64,000 nt of DNA from Williopsis jadinii (taxonomy: Eukaryota), in contig AP024664.1 in NCBI GenBank assembly GCA_024346625.1, forward strand, positions 4,340,001-4,404,000. The letters run 5' to 3'. The position numbers and the translations under genes are program-made. Position 1 is the first letter of the stretch. The number at the start of each line of letters is the position of its first letter. This document shows positions 51,294-63,475 of the stretch, piece after piece. The notes beneath the pieces are model-generated. The model searched no databases. It was given only the letters and a program-made list of their open reading frames with translations, and was not told the DNA's origin.

Positions 51294-53189
51294 ATGGCTA
51301 AGAAGAATAAGAAGGACAAAGAGGCCAAGAAGGCAAGGGCCGAGCAGAAGAATAAAAAGGCTCAGGCGAAGGCTGACAGCAAGGATAAGAAGAGAGCGAA
51401 GAAGATGGGCGATGAGGATGACGATGACTTGGACATCGAGACGGTTTTAGCACAGTTCAAGCAACAGCAGGAGGACTTTGAGGCAGTGCACTCTGAAGTT
51501 GTGTCGAGACCTGGCAGAAGGATCAACTCGTCGATGTGTGCGAATCCGACGCATGGTAAGCGTGAACTGTTCATCTTTGGTGGTGAGAACACAGTTGATG
51601 GGGTGTCTGCGTTTTATAATGACCTCTACGTCTACGCCTTGGAGTCTGACCAGTGGAGGAAAATAACCTCCAAAAACAGTCCAATGCCTAGAAGCTCTGC
51701 TGCCGTTGCAGCTCATCCGTCAGGTATCGTATTGATCCATGGTGGTGAATTCTCCAGTCCAAAGCAGAATACGTTTTACCATTATTCTGATACCTGGCTG
51801 CTGGATTCCACCAATAAGGAGTGGACCAAGATCGAGCAGAAGAATGGACCTTCTGCAAGATCAGGCCATAGGATCACTGTGTGGAAGAACTATTTCATAC
51901 TTTCAGGGGGATTCAGGGATCTGGGAGGCTCAACAACATATTTGAACGACCTGTGGGCCTTCGACATCACAACTTACAAGTGGAAACAGATTGAATTCCC
52001 TCCAAACCATCCGGTCCCAGATGCGAGATCTGGTCACTCGTTATTGCCTCATGCGGATGGTGCTGTCCTTTGGGGAGGATATTGTAAAGTGAAAGCCGGT
52101 AAAGGCCTTCAAAAGGGTAAGATCTTGAGCGACTGTTGGCTATTGAAGATGAAATCTGATCTCTCTGCAGTGAGATGGGAGAGAAGAAGAAAGCAAGGGT
52201 TCCAGCCCAGTGCAAGAGTTGGCTGCTCAATGGTTCATCATAAGGGCCGTGGTGTACTCTTTGGAGGTGTTTTCGACTACGAAGAAACTGAAGAGAGCTT
52301 GGATTCCCAATTCTACAACGATTTGTTCACTTACTCGGTGGAGATGAACAGATGGTACTCATTACAACTGAGATCCAGTAAAAAGAAACAAGCGAAGGTG
52401 AAGAAACAGAATAGAGATGAAGATTTAGAAGAGATTCTCAATGCACTGTTGAAGAAGGCCAACTTGGAAGATGAAGAAGGCGATGAGGATAACGATGACA
52501 TTGAAAAGGAACTGAGAAAGATTGAAGAAGAAGAAGAAAATGAGGAAGAACAGGTGCAGTACGAAGTTAGAAACCAATTGCCTCACCCAAGATTTAACGC
52601 TTCCACTGCTGTTGTCGACGATACGCTCTTCATCTTTGGAGGTGTATGGGAATTTGGCGAGAAGGATTACTCAATTGACAGTTTGTACTCTGTGGACTTG
52701 GGGAAACTTGACGGTTTGAAGGTTTATTGGGAAGACCTCAGAGAAGTTGAAAGGGCTAAGTCAGAAGGCGAGGAAGATGACGACTACTTTGAAGATGACG
52801 ACGAAGATGACGAAGATGATGAGGACGACGAAGATGACAACGAAGTTACTGATAGAAAACTAATTGCAGAGGATGAAGAGGATGAAGAGGAGGATATCGT
52901 TGAAGATGAACCTGAAATTCCAGACGAGAGACCTTGGTTACCTCATCCAAAGGCATTTGAGACTCTTCGTGCTTTCTACGTTAGAACCGGTGCTCAATTC
53001 TTGGAGTGGGCCATCTCAAACAACAGAGATGCACGTGGTAAACACTTGAAGAAACACGCATTCGATTTATGTCAAGACAGATGGTGGGAGAGAAGAGAGC
53101 AGGTTCGTATCGAAGAGGATAAACTGGAGGAAACTGGTGTTGGTGAGGTTATAGAGAGAGATACAACCAAAACTACCAAGAGAAGATGA
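51294..53189 (+). CDS. KEL3: Kelch-repeat protein Kel3
   Basis: MAKKNKKDKEAKKAR start, kelch repeats (GGEFSSPKQ, PSARSGHR), acidic tract, LPHPKAFETLRAFY tail. Confidence 0.92.
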   Translation: MAKKNKKDKEAKKARAEQKNKKAQAKADSKDKKRAKKMGDEDDDDLDIETVLAQFKQQQEDFEAVHSEVVSRPGRRINSSMCANPTHGKRELFIFGGENTVDGVSAFYNDLYVYALESDQWRKITSKNSPMPRSSAAVAAHPSGIVLIHGGEFSSPKQNTFYHYSDTWLLDSTNKEWTKIEQKNGPSARSGHRITVWKNYFILSGGFRDLGGSTTYLNDLWAFDITTYKWKQIEFPPNHPVPDARSGHSLLPHADGAVLWGGYCKVKAGKGLQKGKILSDCWLLKMKSDLSAVRWERRRKQGFQPSARVGCSMVHHKGRGVLFGGVFDYEETEESLDSQFYNDLFTYSVEMNRWYSLQLRSSKKKQAKVKKQNRDEDLEEILNALLKKANLEDEEGDEDNDDIEKELRKIEEEEENEEEQVQYEVRNQLPHPRFNASTAVVDDTLFIFGGVWEFGEKDYSIDSLYSVDLGKLDGLKVYWEDLREVERAKSEGEEDDDYFEDDDEDDEDDEDDEDDNEVTDRKLIAEDEEDEEEDIVEDEPEIPDERPWLPHPKAFETLRAFYVRTGAQFLEWAISNNRDARGKHLKKHAFDLCQDRWWERREQVRIEEDKLEETGVGEVIERDTTKTTKRR

Positions 53190-53215
53190 ATGTGTCTTGA
53201 ATAATGTATATAATT

Positions 53216-54202
<987 letters not shown>

Positions 54203-54252
54203 CTACGCTTTGTATGTAATTTGTATGAGGATTAAACAGAAAGAAAACCCGG

Positions 54253-54334
54253 TGAAAAATTTCTCGAACCAGCCAAAGCTCATCGGTCGGGGCAACATGT
54301 TTATACACGTGACTGGGTACAGAGACGTCACGTG
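54253..54334. promoter_or_regulatory. RRPE, PAC and two Cbf1-type sites upstream of DIM1
   Basis: tgaaaaattt at 54253, gctcatcg at 54278, cacgtgac at 54306, gtcacgtg at 54327. Confidence 0.7.
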
Positions 54335-54392
54335 CTCACTACACACCTATACAGATAGTTACAATTAAAGCAATATTGTACATAGAGGAGAT

Positions 54393-57335
54393 CTATGAGT
54401 AGCTCTTTAGCAGCTCAATGAGCTGGTCTCTAAACTTTGGAACAAGTTTCTCGATGTTTTCAGTCGTTGGCTCCTGGAGAAGGACGCTCTTGCGTTCGAG
54501 TTCTTGCTCGTTGTCCTCGTCGTCGTCGTCATCGTCCTCTTCCATCTCCATTAAATCGTGTTCGTTTATACCAAAATCAGTTGTCTTAAACACATCGATA
54601 TCGTTTATGGACTTCCAGTTCTGTTCCATAAGGGACTTGGACTTTGATTCGTCGCGAGCCAGTTTGCGTTGGTACTTCTCGTGTCTTTTCTTGACGTTAG
54701 CAATGATGACATCCAACTCTAAGAGAACGGCTTCAACATCAACACCTGGTGAGTCCTGCAGCAGCTGTTGCAAGTTGATTCTCATTGTTGTGGCATGATG
54801 ATCCTTTGCGTGTCTCAAGAAGCTAAGGATATCACTAATCCATCGGATCAGCTTGTCGAACAACCCTTGCTTATCATGGACATATGTCTCATGGACAAAC
54901 TGATAAAACTCATCGACATGGGAATCAATCACTTTCATGATGCTATCCACAATCTTGGAAGTATCTGTAACGTACATCTCATGGCTCAAATGATCGATGA
55001 GATGGATCAAGTCATCCATGAAACTCTCAAAATTACGGAAGGCAACATCAACATGTGCAGAGGAGAACAATGATACCAAAGGTTTGTAAAACATTGTGAA
55101 TAGCTCTTTCAAGATTGAAATGAGCTCAGGCTCTGACCACAGTTGTTGCATGATCTCCTTGTCCCTATTTCTAACGTACAATTTGTAAAGGGATTTCAAA
55201 TTCGAATACAGCTCCACCTTCTCCTGATTAACCAGAGCCAACTGTTCCGCATCGTCCTCACACATGAGCAGTCTCTTATACTCATTGTAGGACTCAAACA
55301 CTTGACCTGTGAGATCGTCATCCACATAGGACAATTCGTACAGCTGTGGAGAGATCATCACAGTTAGAACAACATCCGACTGCAGTTCTTTTGCTTCCCT
55401 TTTAACAGATGCAATCAAATCACTATCTGTGCAGTCGTATACAAAGTACTTCAACCGATCGATGAGCTCAGTATGACCAATCTTTTGTTCCAACTCCGTA
55501 ATGACTTTAGTCTGCGATTTCATATCATCCGACAAGATCCCGTAGAACAGTGTTTGTAAGAGTGATTTACCACCAAATGGATTTGCCATGAGCAAATCCA
55601 TCATGGCCTTCATTATACTCATTGGGTTGGTGAATCTCAAGATGTTAATCATGATTGAATACGGCATAAGTCTGTGTAATCTCTTCACCTGTGAATAGAA
55701 TTCATACGAGTTATCGTTCCCCAGGAACATGATATAGATAGTCGCAGCAATCTCCACTTTGGACCATTCGATGAAGTTACGCAGCATTGGAGAAAGCTCA
55801 GAAACGTGTTCCTTGGTCTTCAACTCCTGGAACAAGTCAATCAAACCATTATCAGACTCCAGCAATTTGGCACGTAGAGGTAGGGATTCCTCTTTCAGCT
55901 TTGTGATCTTAGCATAAGATTCTTTCTGGAATCTAACTTGGTTCAATAGGAGTAGCAGATCCAGATTCTCTCTGATCTTCAGATCTATCTGATCCTCTGA
56001 CGATAGAGTATGGATCTTATCCTTGAATAAGAACTCTCTCAGGATATCACAATGTGCAATCTCAACGTCCTTAATCAGATTTCTGAGGTAAGATCTCAGA
56101 CCAACACGTGTCTTTTCCCTCGGCAGCCTATTCTCCTGTGAAGAAGAACGGGAGCTCTTTGGAGATGTCCATTGTCTAGGAGACAGAATCGACATTGCAC
56201 TCTTCTTGATTGGAGATTTAGGAGTCTTGGGGCTCGAATTGGAGTCGAACTGGGAGTGTTGTGGCATAGTTGGAGTCTTTGGATTCGGATCCTTATAATC
56301 CTTGCTGTTATCCAACTTTAGAGACTGGAACAATTGTGACAGATTCTTTCTAATCTCGTCGTCGTGTTTCTTAGCCATCTGTTCCTCCTCTATTTCCCTC
56401 TCTCTTTCCTCATGATCCTCCTCTTCATCTTCGTCGTCATCAATTCGTTCATAGTCATCGTCGTCTTCGCCCTCGTCATCACCACCAAGGCTGATGATGG
56501 ATTTCACCTTAGAAGGTAATTTTGGCAGTTGTTTCCCTGGGAACTTCTTCTTCAGCTTACTATGTAGCTCTTTGAAGCTCGTGTACCTTCTGGACACGAA
56601 CACCGGCTGGCTCTCGCTGATGTCCAGCTGGGTCTTTATGACAAACTCGTAGTGTGTCTCATGTGTCTTTGCAAGGTTCAAGCCACTGAGAAACTTGTTA
56701 TTGGCCTTTTTCAGCTTCCGGACCCCACAGACGTTCAGCATAATGCCATTGACGTATTCGCCCTTTGCCAGATGAGCCTGCAACGTCTCCTTCGACGGGA
56801 ATAGCAGCTTCTGGAACCTTTTGCTCTCAACCACGCCATTGGTCAAGGCAAGCTTTCCTGAGCTATAGTACTCAGCTTCATTGACGGTGCCAACCCCCGA
56901 GTTGAACATCGTCAGCACCAGCTTCTCCAGCTTCCGGGCCATCTTCTTACGCTTGGTGGTCTCCTCACGGTCCAAGGACTCGCTCATCGACATCGACATG
57001 AAGTGCTCATAGAACACCTGTACCTTCCCAGCCCAAAACTGTTGGTAATCCTGATGTTGAGGTGATAAGAACGGCATCGTGGCAACAAAGCGTGTAAAGA
57101 AGAAGCGGATCATCGGATACGTCTCCGACACTTCCCTGTCGATGGTGTCCACGCTATCTCTCGGCTTCGCTGTGCTCAGCGTCTTCTCCCTGGGGTCTCC
57201 ATCCGTGAAAGGGAACCCAAAGCTTCTCAATGCCAAAGGATTGTTGAACCTCTCCAGTTCACCTTCGCATTGCAGTTTCAGCAGCTCACGCTTTAGATAG
57301 TGCTCCTGTGTGGGTGAGAGTATCGGCTCGTCCAT
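54393..57335 (-). CDS. LEC1: PX-domain protein YPR097W/Lec1-like
   Basis: LSPTQEHYLKRELL, PX motif RRYTSFKELHSKLKKKFPGK, LPREKTRVGLR, TNPMSIM. First ATG at 57335. Confidence 0.82.
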   Translation of the reverse strand: MDEPILSPTQEHYLKRELLKLQCEGELERFNNPLALRSFGFPFTDGDPREKTLSTAKPRDSVDTIDREVSETYPMIRFFFTRFVATMPFLSPQHQDYQQFWAGKVQVFYEHFMSMSMSESLDREETTKRKKMARKLEKLVLTMFNSGVGTVNEAEYYSSGKLALTNGVVESKRFQKLLFPSKETLQAHLAKGEYVNGIMLNVCGVRKLKKANNKFLSGLNLAKTHETHYEFVIKTQLDISESQPVFVSRRYTSFKELHSKLKKKFPGKQLPKLPSKVKSIISLGGDDEGEDDDDYERIDDDEDEEEDHEEREREIEEEQMAKKHDDEIRKNLSQLFQSLKLDNSKDYKDPNPKTPTMPQHSQFDSNSSPKTPKSPIKKSAMSILSPRQWTSPKSSRSSSQENRLPREKTRVGLRSYLRNLIKDVEIAHCDILREFLFKDKIHTLSSEDQIDLKIRENLDLLLLLNQVRFQKESYAKITKLKEESLPLRAKLLESDNGLIDLFQELKTKEHVSELSPMLRNFIEWSKVEIAATIYIMFLGNDNSYEFYSQVKRLHRLMPYSIMINILRFTNPMSIMKAMMDLLMANPFGGKSLLQTLFYGILSDDMKSQTKVITELEQKIGHTELIDRLKYFVYDCTDSDLIASVKREAKELQSDVVLTVMISPQLYELSYVDDDLTGQVFESYNEYKRLLMCEDDAEQLALVNQEKVELYSNLKSLYKLYVRNRDKEIMQQLWSEPELISILKELFTMFYKPLVSLFSSAHVDVAFRNFESFMDDLIHLIDHLSHEMYVTDTSKIVDSIMKVIDSHVDEFYQFVHETYVHDKQGLFDKLIRWISDILSFLRHAKDHHATTMRINLQQLLQDSPGVDVEAVLLELDVIIANVKKRHEKYQRKLARDESKSKSLMEQNWKSINDIDVFKTTDFGINEHDLMEMEEDDDDDDEDNEQELERKSVLLQEPTTENIEKLVPKFRDQLIELLKSYS

Positions 57336-57495
57336 TTCGCTCTGTGCTTTGCTCTGTGATTTGCCCTGTGCTTTGCTCTCAACGGATTGATCAACCAGTG
57401 ACGGCTCGAACTGTTGATGCGCTTCGGCTTCGCCTGGAGCGCCTTGCCGCACAGTTTGAGGGTCCGTTGCGGGTATTGTATAATAATTATATAAT

Positions 57496-57958
57496 TGTTA
57501 TATGATTATTATATAATATCCAGTACGTAAGCATTACGTAAGCACGATTATAATCACACCAGTGTGCTCTTCCGGGTTCAGCTTATATTATATTCCAGTT
57601 ATATCGACGTCACAATATATCCTTCATTAAATCAATGTAATAGTGTTCCTTTCACCAGGGTGGCTAAGTAGATCTAAAGATACGATAATGACAATAAGAA
57701 TAATCTTAATAACAATATAATCCAAAATATAAAAGTTAAGCTCTCTCTCCCTCTAAACTGGAAGAAGGAGGAAATGCAATGGTTCAAGGAATTCCTTTTA
57801 AGCCATTGTAGAAAACATTTCCAAATCCTGAGGATTCGCTTCACGTGTTGTATTTACATTCAACGCTGTAACAACGACAAAGTTGCAGTTGCTATAATCA
57901 GACGATAATACTGAATCCTAATCCGAAGGTCGAATATCACATCAGCACCTACACAGCA
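57496..57958 (+). mobile_element. Probable solo LTR (Ty1/copia delta-like), ~463 bp
   Basis: AT-rich block with TGTT...CA ends flanked by TAAT direct repeats. Internal ATTCCTTTTA...TTCCAAATCCTGAGGA...CTTC resembles the Ty1 delta U3/R junction as recalled. Boundaries tentative. Confidence 0.5.
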
Positions 57959-57980
57959 TAATTATAATCGTAGCACATCA

Positions 57981-58253
57981 TCACTGGTCATCAATTATCC
58001 TCATAAACACCTTGAACTGGCCAAAAACGTCGTTCGTAGACTCATCGGTAACCTCGACAACCTGTCTCTTCCCCTTGGAGCCCACAGGGCAGTCCCGGAA
58101 GACCCTCTTAAAGGGAACACACTCAACCAGCCCTCCTTCAAACGAGCAGTTGTTCTGCGTGATCGACTTGTATATACAACCGGATAAGTCGCTCGGTGGC
58201 TTATACATCCTTGCCACGTCCTCTCTGCTGAGTACCGGCGTTGGTGGTGCCAT
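57981..58253 (-). CDS. SOM1: Mitochondrial inner membrane peptidase subunit Som1
   Basis: MAPPTPV, four-Cys pattern C..KSITQNNC..C.PFKRVF..C, EVTD. Divergent from PCM1 as in S. cerevisiae. Confidence 0.88.
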   Translation of the reverse strand: MAPPTPVLSREDVARMYKPPSDLSGCIYKSITQNNCSFEGGLVECVPFKRVFRDCPVGSKGKRQVVEVTDESTNDVFGQFKVFMRIIDDQ

Positions 58254-58446
58254 CCTTACACAAGCTTCCCTTCTTTGCGCTATTGCAATGTTGATGCAAT
58301 GTTGATGGCCTTCACTAGTAGTTTTTTTCTCAGTAGAGCTGCTCCGGGGGTGGGAAGTCTGCGAAATTGGAAAACAGCCACGCAAAAGATACATCACCGT
58401 TGACGTGGGTATTGATCTAAGCATCACGAGCAGCTAAGGACCAGAG

Positions 58447-60051
58447 ATGACATTGAACATCAGCGAGAGACTCGACTCTGTGTATTCAGCTCACCAGAAG
58501 CCACAGAGCTTACAATTCCAGTACGGGACAGCCGGGTTCCGTACCAAGGCAAACACGTTGGACTCGGTGGTATTCGTTGTTGGTATTCTTGCCTCGTTAC
58601 GTTCAAAGTACTTGGATGGCCAGACGATTGGAGTGATGATCACTGCGTCGCACAATCCTCCAGAGGACAATGGTGTGAAGCTGGTGGACCCTCAAGGTGA
58701 GATGCTGGAGCAGTCTTGGGAGCAGTTTGCCACGGTGTTGGCAAACGTCTCCACTCAACATGAGCTCGTCGTTGAGTTGAACAGGATCATATCACAGTTG
58801 AACATTGACCTCAAGGTGAAGTCCAGGGTCATCGTTGCAAGGGACTCGAGAGACTCGGGGCCTCAATTGGTCCAGTCAACGATTGATGGGTTGGAGGTTC
58901 TTGACACTGAATACCAGGACTTTAAGATGCTGACGACTCCACAGTTGCACTACTTGGTCAGAGCAATAAACACCTTGGACTCACCAGTGAGTTATGGTGA
59001 GCCTTCAGAGTCCGGGTATTACAAAAAGCTGTCGACTGCTTTGAAGCAGTTGGTTTCAACCCCAATTTCCATAACCGTCGATGCTGCTAACGGTATAGGT
59101 GGGCCAAAATTGATTGCATTGGCAAATCATCTCGAAGGGTTGTTATCCGTCACGGTGGTGAACAACGAGTACATCAACCCAAATGCCCTAAATGTAAACT
59201 CAGGGGCTGACTTTGTAAAGACAAATCAGAAATTACCGCAGGGAATTTCACCAAAACCGTTTGACCTTTATGCCTCTTTCGACGGTGATGCGGATAGAGT
59301 GGTGTTCTACTATTCTGACGATGATAGCGTTTTCCATTTGCTAGATGGAGACAAGATCTCTACCTTGTTGGCTGCTTTCATCAGCGATATAGTCAAGAAA
59401 TCAGGTATAGAGGCACATATTGGTGTTGTTCAAACGGCATACGCCAACGGGTCATCAACTGATTTCCTCAAGGAAAAGCTGCAACTACCAGTGGTTTGCA
59501 CACCAACAGGTGTTAAGCATTTACACCATGAAGCTGCCAAGTTCGACGTTGGTGTGTACTTTGAAGCCAATGGCCACGGTACTGTTCTCTTTGCAGATTC
59601 GTTCATAGAAACGTTGAAGTCAACAGAACCTTCAACACCTGATGAGCAGCGTGCATTGGAACAGCTGATCCAGTTGTCCAATCTGATCAACCAAACCGTT
59701 GGTGATGCAATCAGCGATTTGCTTGCGGTCTTAGTTGTCTTGACCATCAAACAATGGGATCCTTCAAGCTGGGATGCTTCTTATACCGATTTACCAAACA
59801 AATTGGCCAAAGTCATCGTTCCAGATAGAAACATATTCAAGACGACTGATGCTGAGAGAAGATTAACATCACCAAGTGGACTCCAAGATAAAATCGATGC
59901 CTCTGTTAAGAAATACACAAGAGGAAGATCCTTCGTTAGAGCAAGTGGTACTGAAGATGCTGTTAGAGTGTATGCCGAAGCAGGTACAAGAACAGAAGCT
60001 GATGAGCTATCACAAGAAGTCGTGGGCTTGGTCAAAGATTCTGTTCGTTGA
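58447..60051 (+). CDS. PCM1: Phosphoacetylglucosamine mutase
   Basis: YGTAGFR, TASHNP, FDGDADR, YFEANGHG, RASGTEDAVRVYAE. Confidence 0.96.
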   Translation: MTLNISERLDSVYSAHQKPQSLQFQYGTAGFRTKANTLDSVVFVVGILASLRSKYLDGQTIGVMITASHNPPEDNGVKLVDPQGEMLEQSWEQFATVLANVSTQHELVVELNRIISQLNIDLKVKSRVIVARDSRDSGPQLVQSTIDGLEVLDTEYQDFKMLTTPQLHYLVRAINTLDSPVSYGEPSESGYYKKLSTALKQLVSTPISITVDAANGIGGPKLIALANHLEGLLSVTVVNNEYINPNALNVNSGADFVKTNQKLPQGISPKPFDLYASFDGDADRVVFYYSDDDSVFHLLDGDKISTLLAAFISDIVKKSGIEAHIGVVQTAYANGSSTDFLKEKLQLPVVCTPTGVKHLHHEAAKFDVGVYFEANGHGTVLFADSFIETLKSTEPSTPDEQRALEQLIQLSNLINQTVGDAISDLLAVLVVLTIKQWDPSSWDASYTDLPNKLAKVIVPDRNIFKTTDAERRLTSPSGLQDKIDASVKKYTRGRSFVRASGTEDAVRVYAEAGTRTEADELSQEVVGLVKDSVR

Positions 60052-60163
60052 GTTAACTTTACAATGATCCCTTCATCGAAACAATGGGAGCAAACAGTAT
60101 TAAAAAAAGTAGGGTGTCATTTCACTCGTTTTATACAAATTTGTTATTCTTTGGTTTCCAACC

Positions 60164-63100
60164 TTATGAATCGCCGTTCATCCTTTGCAATGTCTTGACA
60201 GCACTTTCCGTAGCACTGCGTTTAGTGGTAGGTGGCTTGTCAATCGTCTTTATCTCCTCAGTAGAGAATGATCTCTTTGTACCTTTACTCTCTGGCGTTG
60301 GGGTTGAAGTTGGTGCACCTACAGTAGACCCTAAGCTTGGTGAAGAGTGTGATGCTGGGAAGGGATCAATCCCTTCACTCTCCAAGTGCTTATTATGTGG
60401 GTTCATGCTTCCCAACTCTTTCAACTTTGACACGTGATGGATGGTCTTTGCGATGGTTTGAATCAGCAAATTTGGTTTTAGAGGCTTTGAAATGTATTCA
60501 TCCATTTGTGCCTGTAAACATCTCTCACGGTCACCCAGCATTGCATGCGCTGTTAGTGCGATAATTGGAACACGTGCAGAGAATGGATCGATAGGGTTGG
60601 TCTCCTTCTCCCAAAGTCTGATCTTTTCAGTGGCTTCAAAACCTCCCATTATTGGCATCTGAACATCCATCAGTACAACATCATAACGGTTCTTCTTAAC
60701 AGCTTCCAATGCTTCGAGACCATTCTGGGCAACAGTGACTGTATGTCCGTGCTTTTCTAGGATACGAACAGCCAACTTCTGATTCACAAGAGAATCTTCA
60801 GCTAAAAGAATGTTATAATTCTGTGGCACATCGCTCTCTGAAGGAACAACGAGAGATTCCAACGCAGGTTTCAGATAATCTGCCAAGTCCATTTGAGAAC
60901 ACGGTGTATTACCATAACTTTGAATACCAAGATCCAAGCATGTTCTCATATTTAGATTTGGAATTTGTGGATGTAATAAAACAAATGGGATATACTTGAT
61001 CTCCGGGAGTTGTCTCAACATACGGCCCATTTCCAAAGAATCGATGATAATCACATCATATTTACAAGGATCTTGGAAATGTGCATCTTCAATACTCTTA
61101 ACCACAGTTGGGCGGAGGTTAATAGCACCCAAATCTTCCTCAATCTTCTTCATGTCTTTGTCATTGTGCTCTGTTGCAATAAACAAAATTTGATGTAAAT
61201 TAAACGTCAGCAGAGTATCTGATTTTCTCGTAAATGTTCCCTTTACAGGTTTCACCGCAATTGTAAAGTAAAACTTCGATCCTTCACCATAGGTTGAAGT
61301 AACCCAGATTTCACCACCCATTAAATGAATCAATCTCTTGGAGATGGACAAACCTAAACCTGTACCTCCGAACTTTCTGGTGGTGGAACCATCAGCCTGG
61401 GTGAAGTTTTCAAAAATCAAGTCCAACTTATCCTTCTTGATACCTATACCTGTATCAGAAACGCAAAACTCAAGAACGAGGGTATCATCTTCCGGAAGAT
61501 CGGTAGAAACAACCTGTGTTGATTCATCATTTCCAGTAACATAGTCAGCTCCTTGGATGGATTGTTTAATCTGTTGTTGTAATGGTTTGGTAGCTTTCCG
61601 TACGCTTAATTTGACATGGCCTTTCGAAGTGAATTTGAATGCATTACCCACAAGGTTCAAGATGACTTGTCTTAATCTGAACGAATCACCAATGAGATAA
61701 TCTGGGAAAGATGCATCAACTTGATAAATGAGATCAAGTGGCTTTTCAATAGATTTAACGGCAAGTGACTTCAAGGCATCAAAAACGGTACCACGAAGCG
61801 TAAATTCAATCTGTTCAATGGTCATTCTATTAGCTTCAATCTTAGATATATCGAGAATATCATCAATAATTGTCAATAAAGAATTTGCCAAGTTATGAAC
61901 AGTACTCAGCATTTCACGTTGATACTGTGTCAATTCAGTGTCCAGAGTTAACTGTGTATAGTTCAGGATACCATTGAACGGGGTTCTCAGCTCGTGTGAG
62001 AAAATACCCAAAAATTCAGACTTGGCCCTATTTGCCAGTTCTGCAGCTTCCCTGGCAGCAGTGTTTCTCTTAATAGAATCTCTCAAGTTGGAAACCATCT
62101 GGTTGATTTTTGTCTTCAAGGTGTCCATTTCACCAGAGGCCTCAACTGTGATAAACTTTGTAAAATCACCATCAGTTGCAGCAGCAGTGATTTGCGCAAA
62201 GGCACGCACTTGCGAAGTAAGGTTAGCAGCCATTACGTTCACATTTGTGATAATCTCCTTCCATAACCCATCAACATCAGAAACCTGCGCTTGCACGCCC
62301 AATTTACCCTCAACACCAACATCTTTGGCCACACGTGTCACTTCGGAAACAAAAACTTGTAAGGAATCAACCATCTTGTTGATGGTATTCTTCAGTTCTA
62401 AAATCTCACCTTGTGCAACAACGTCAATCTTTTGTGACAAGTCACCATGTGCAACAGCTGTAGTAACCGTCGCGATGGCACGCACTTGGTTTGTTAAGTT
62501 TGTAGCCATTGCGTTGACGTTATCAGTGAGATCCTTCCATGCGCCTTCAACACCATTAACCACTGCTTGACCACCTAAAATACCCTTTATACCCACATCT
62601 GTAGCCAGCGATGTAACTTCAAGGGCAAAAGTCTGCAAGGAGTCCACCATCTGGTTGATTGTTATCTTCAGTTCCAGTATCTCACCTTTACAATCTGCTG
62701 TAACCTTTTTCGACAAGTCACCTTTCGCCACCGCTGTGGTGACGTTAGCGATATTTCTCACTTGGTTGGTCAAGTTTGTAGCCATAGCGTTGACGTTATC
62801 GGTTAATTCCTTCCATATACCTTCTGCGCCAATGACAACAGCCTGACCCCCTAACCGTCCTTCAACTCCTGTTTCCCTGGATACCCTTGTGACTTCGAAA
62901 GCAAATGTCTTCAATTGCGCCACCATTGTATTTATGATGTTTTGCAATTCGAGGATTTCACCTTGGGCGTGGACGTTGATCTTTTGACTCAAGTCACCTC
63001 CAGCGACGCCTCTAACCACTTCGACGATCTCTCTCACTTGGTTTGTCAAGTTCAGTGCCATAACGTTCATGTTATCGGATAAAAGCTTCCAGCAACCTTG

Positions 63101-63475
63101 AGCATCATCGATCTTCACCTGTCCACCAAGCTCACCGTGTGCCACCTCCGTAGCAATCTTCAATGTTTCATCAACAAAGCTCTGTATCTTATCAACCAAC
63201 CCGTTTATGGTGGTCTTCACAAGCCTAACTTCCTCATTGTCCTCCTCCTCATATGGAGCCTTTTGGGTCAAATCACCCTCTGATATCGACTTCAACAGCC
63301 CACCAACCTGCTGGGACACTTTCAAGAACTCGTCCGTCTGCCGCTTGAGACTGTCAAGCTCTTCATGGCACGCTTGCGATTGGATCAACAACTTGCGCAC
63401 CTCATCGGGATCGATTCTCTGAAGCGTTTGAGCAAATAGCTCCTTATCACCAAGTGTATCGAGCAGCTCTGTCAT
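60164..63475 (-). CDS. NIK1: Group III hybrid histidine kinase (poly-HAMP, HisKA, HATPase, receiver)
   Basis: About nine alternating HAMP units (GDLSQK / GxLGGQA), [30 protein letters not shown], receiver LMDVQMP. Confidence 0.93.
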   Translation of the reverse strand: MTELLDTLGDKELFAQTLQRIDPDEVRKLLIQSQACHEELDSLKRQTDEFLKVSQQVGGLLKSISEGDLTQKAPYEEEDNEEVRLVKTTINGLVDKIQSFVDETLKIATEVAHGELGGQVKIDDAQGCWKLLSDNMNVMALNLTNQVREIVEVVRGVAGGDLSQKINVHAQGEILELQNIINTMVAQLKTFAFEVTRVSRETGVEGRLGGQAVVIGAEGIWKELTDNVNAMATNLTNQVRNIANVTTAVAKGDLSKKVTADCKGEILELKITINQMVDSLQTFALEVTSLATDVGIKGILGGQAVVNGVEGAWKDLTDNVNAMATNLTNQVRAIATVTTAVAHGDLSQKIDVVAQGEILELKNTINKMVDSLQVFVSEVTRVAKDVGVEGKLGVQAQVSDVDGLWKEIITNVNVMAANLTSQVRAFAQITAAATDGDFTKFITVEASGEMDTLKTKINQMVSNLRDSIKRNTAAREAAELANRAKSEFLGIFSHELRTPFNGILNYTQLTLDTELTQYQREMLSTVHNLANSLLTIIDDILDISKIEANRMTIEQIEFTLRGTVFDALKSLAVKSIEKPLDLIYQVDASFPDYLIGDSFRLRQVILNLVGNAFKFTSKGHVKLSVRKATKPLQQQIKQSIQGADYVTGNDESTQVVSTDLPEDDTLVLEFCVSDTGIGIKKDKLDLIFENFTQADGSTTRKFGGTGLGLSISKRLIHLMGGEIWVTSTYGEGSKFYFTIAVKPVKGTFTRKSDTLLTFNLHQILFIATEHNDKDMKKIEEDLGAINLRPTVVKSIEDAHFQDPCKYDVIIIDSLEMGRMLRQLPEIKYIPFVLLHPQIPNLNMRTCLDLGIQSYGNTPCSQMDLADYLKPALESLVVPSESDVPQNYNILLAEDSLVNQKLAVRILEKHGHTVTVAQNGLEALEAVKKNRYDVVLMDVQMPIMGGFEATEKIRLWEKETNPIDPFSARVPIIALTAHAMLGDRERCLQAQMDEYISKPLKPNLLIQTIAKTIHHVSKLKELGSMNPHNKHLESEGIDPFPASHSSPSLGSTVGAPTSTPTPESKGTKRSFSTEEIKTIDKPPTTKRSATESAVKTLQRMNGDS

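Noticed and set aside
57562..57574. GTGTGCTCTTCCG matching part of an Illumina adapter
   Set aside because: Only 13 nt, and the flanks do not continue the adapter (no ATCT).
62100..63300. Repeated DNA blocks of ~276 bp period
   Set aside because: Explained by the NIK1 HAMP repeats; not an array or CRISPR.
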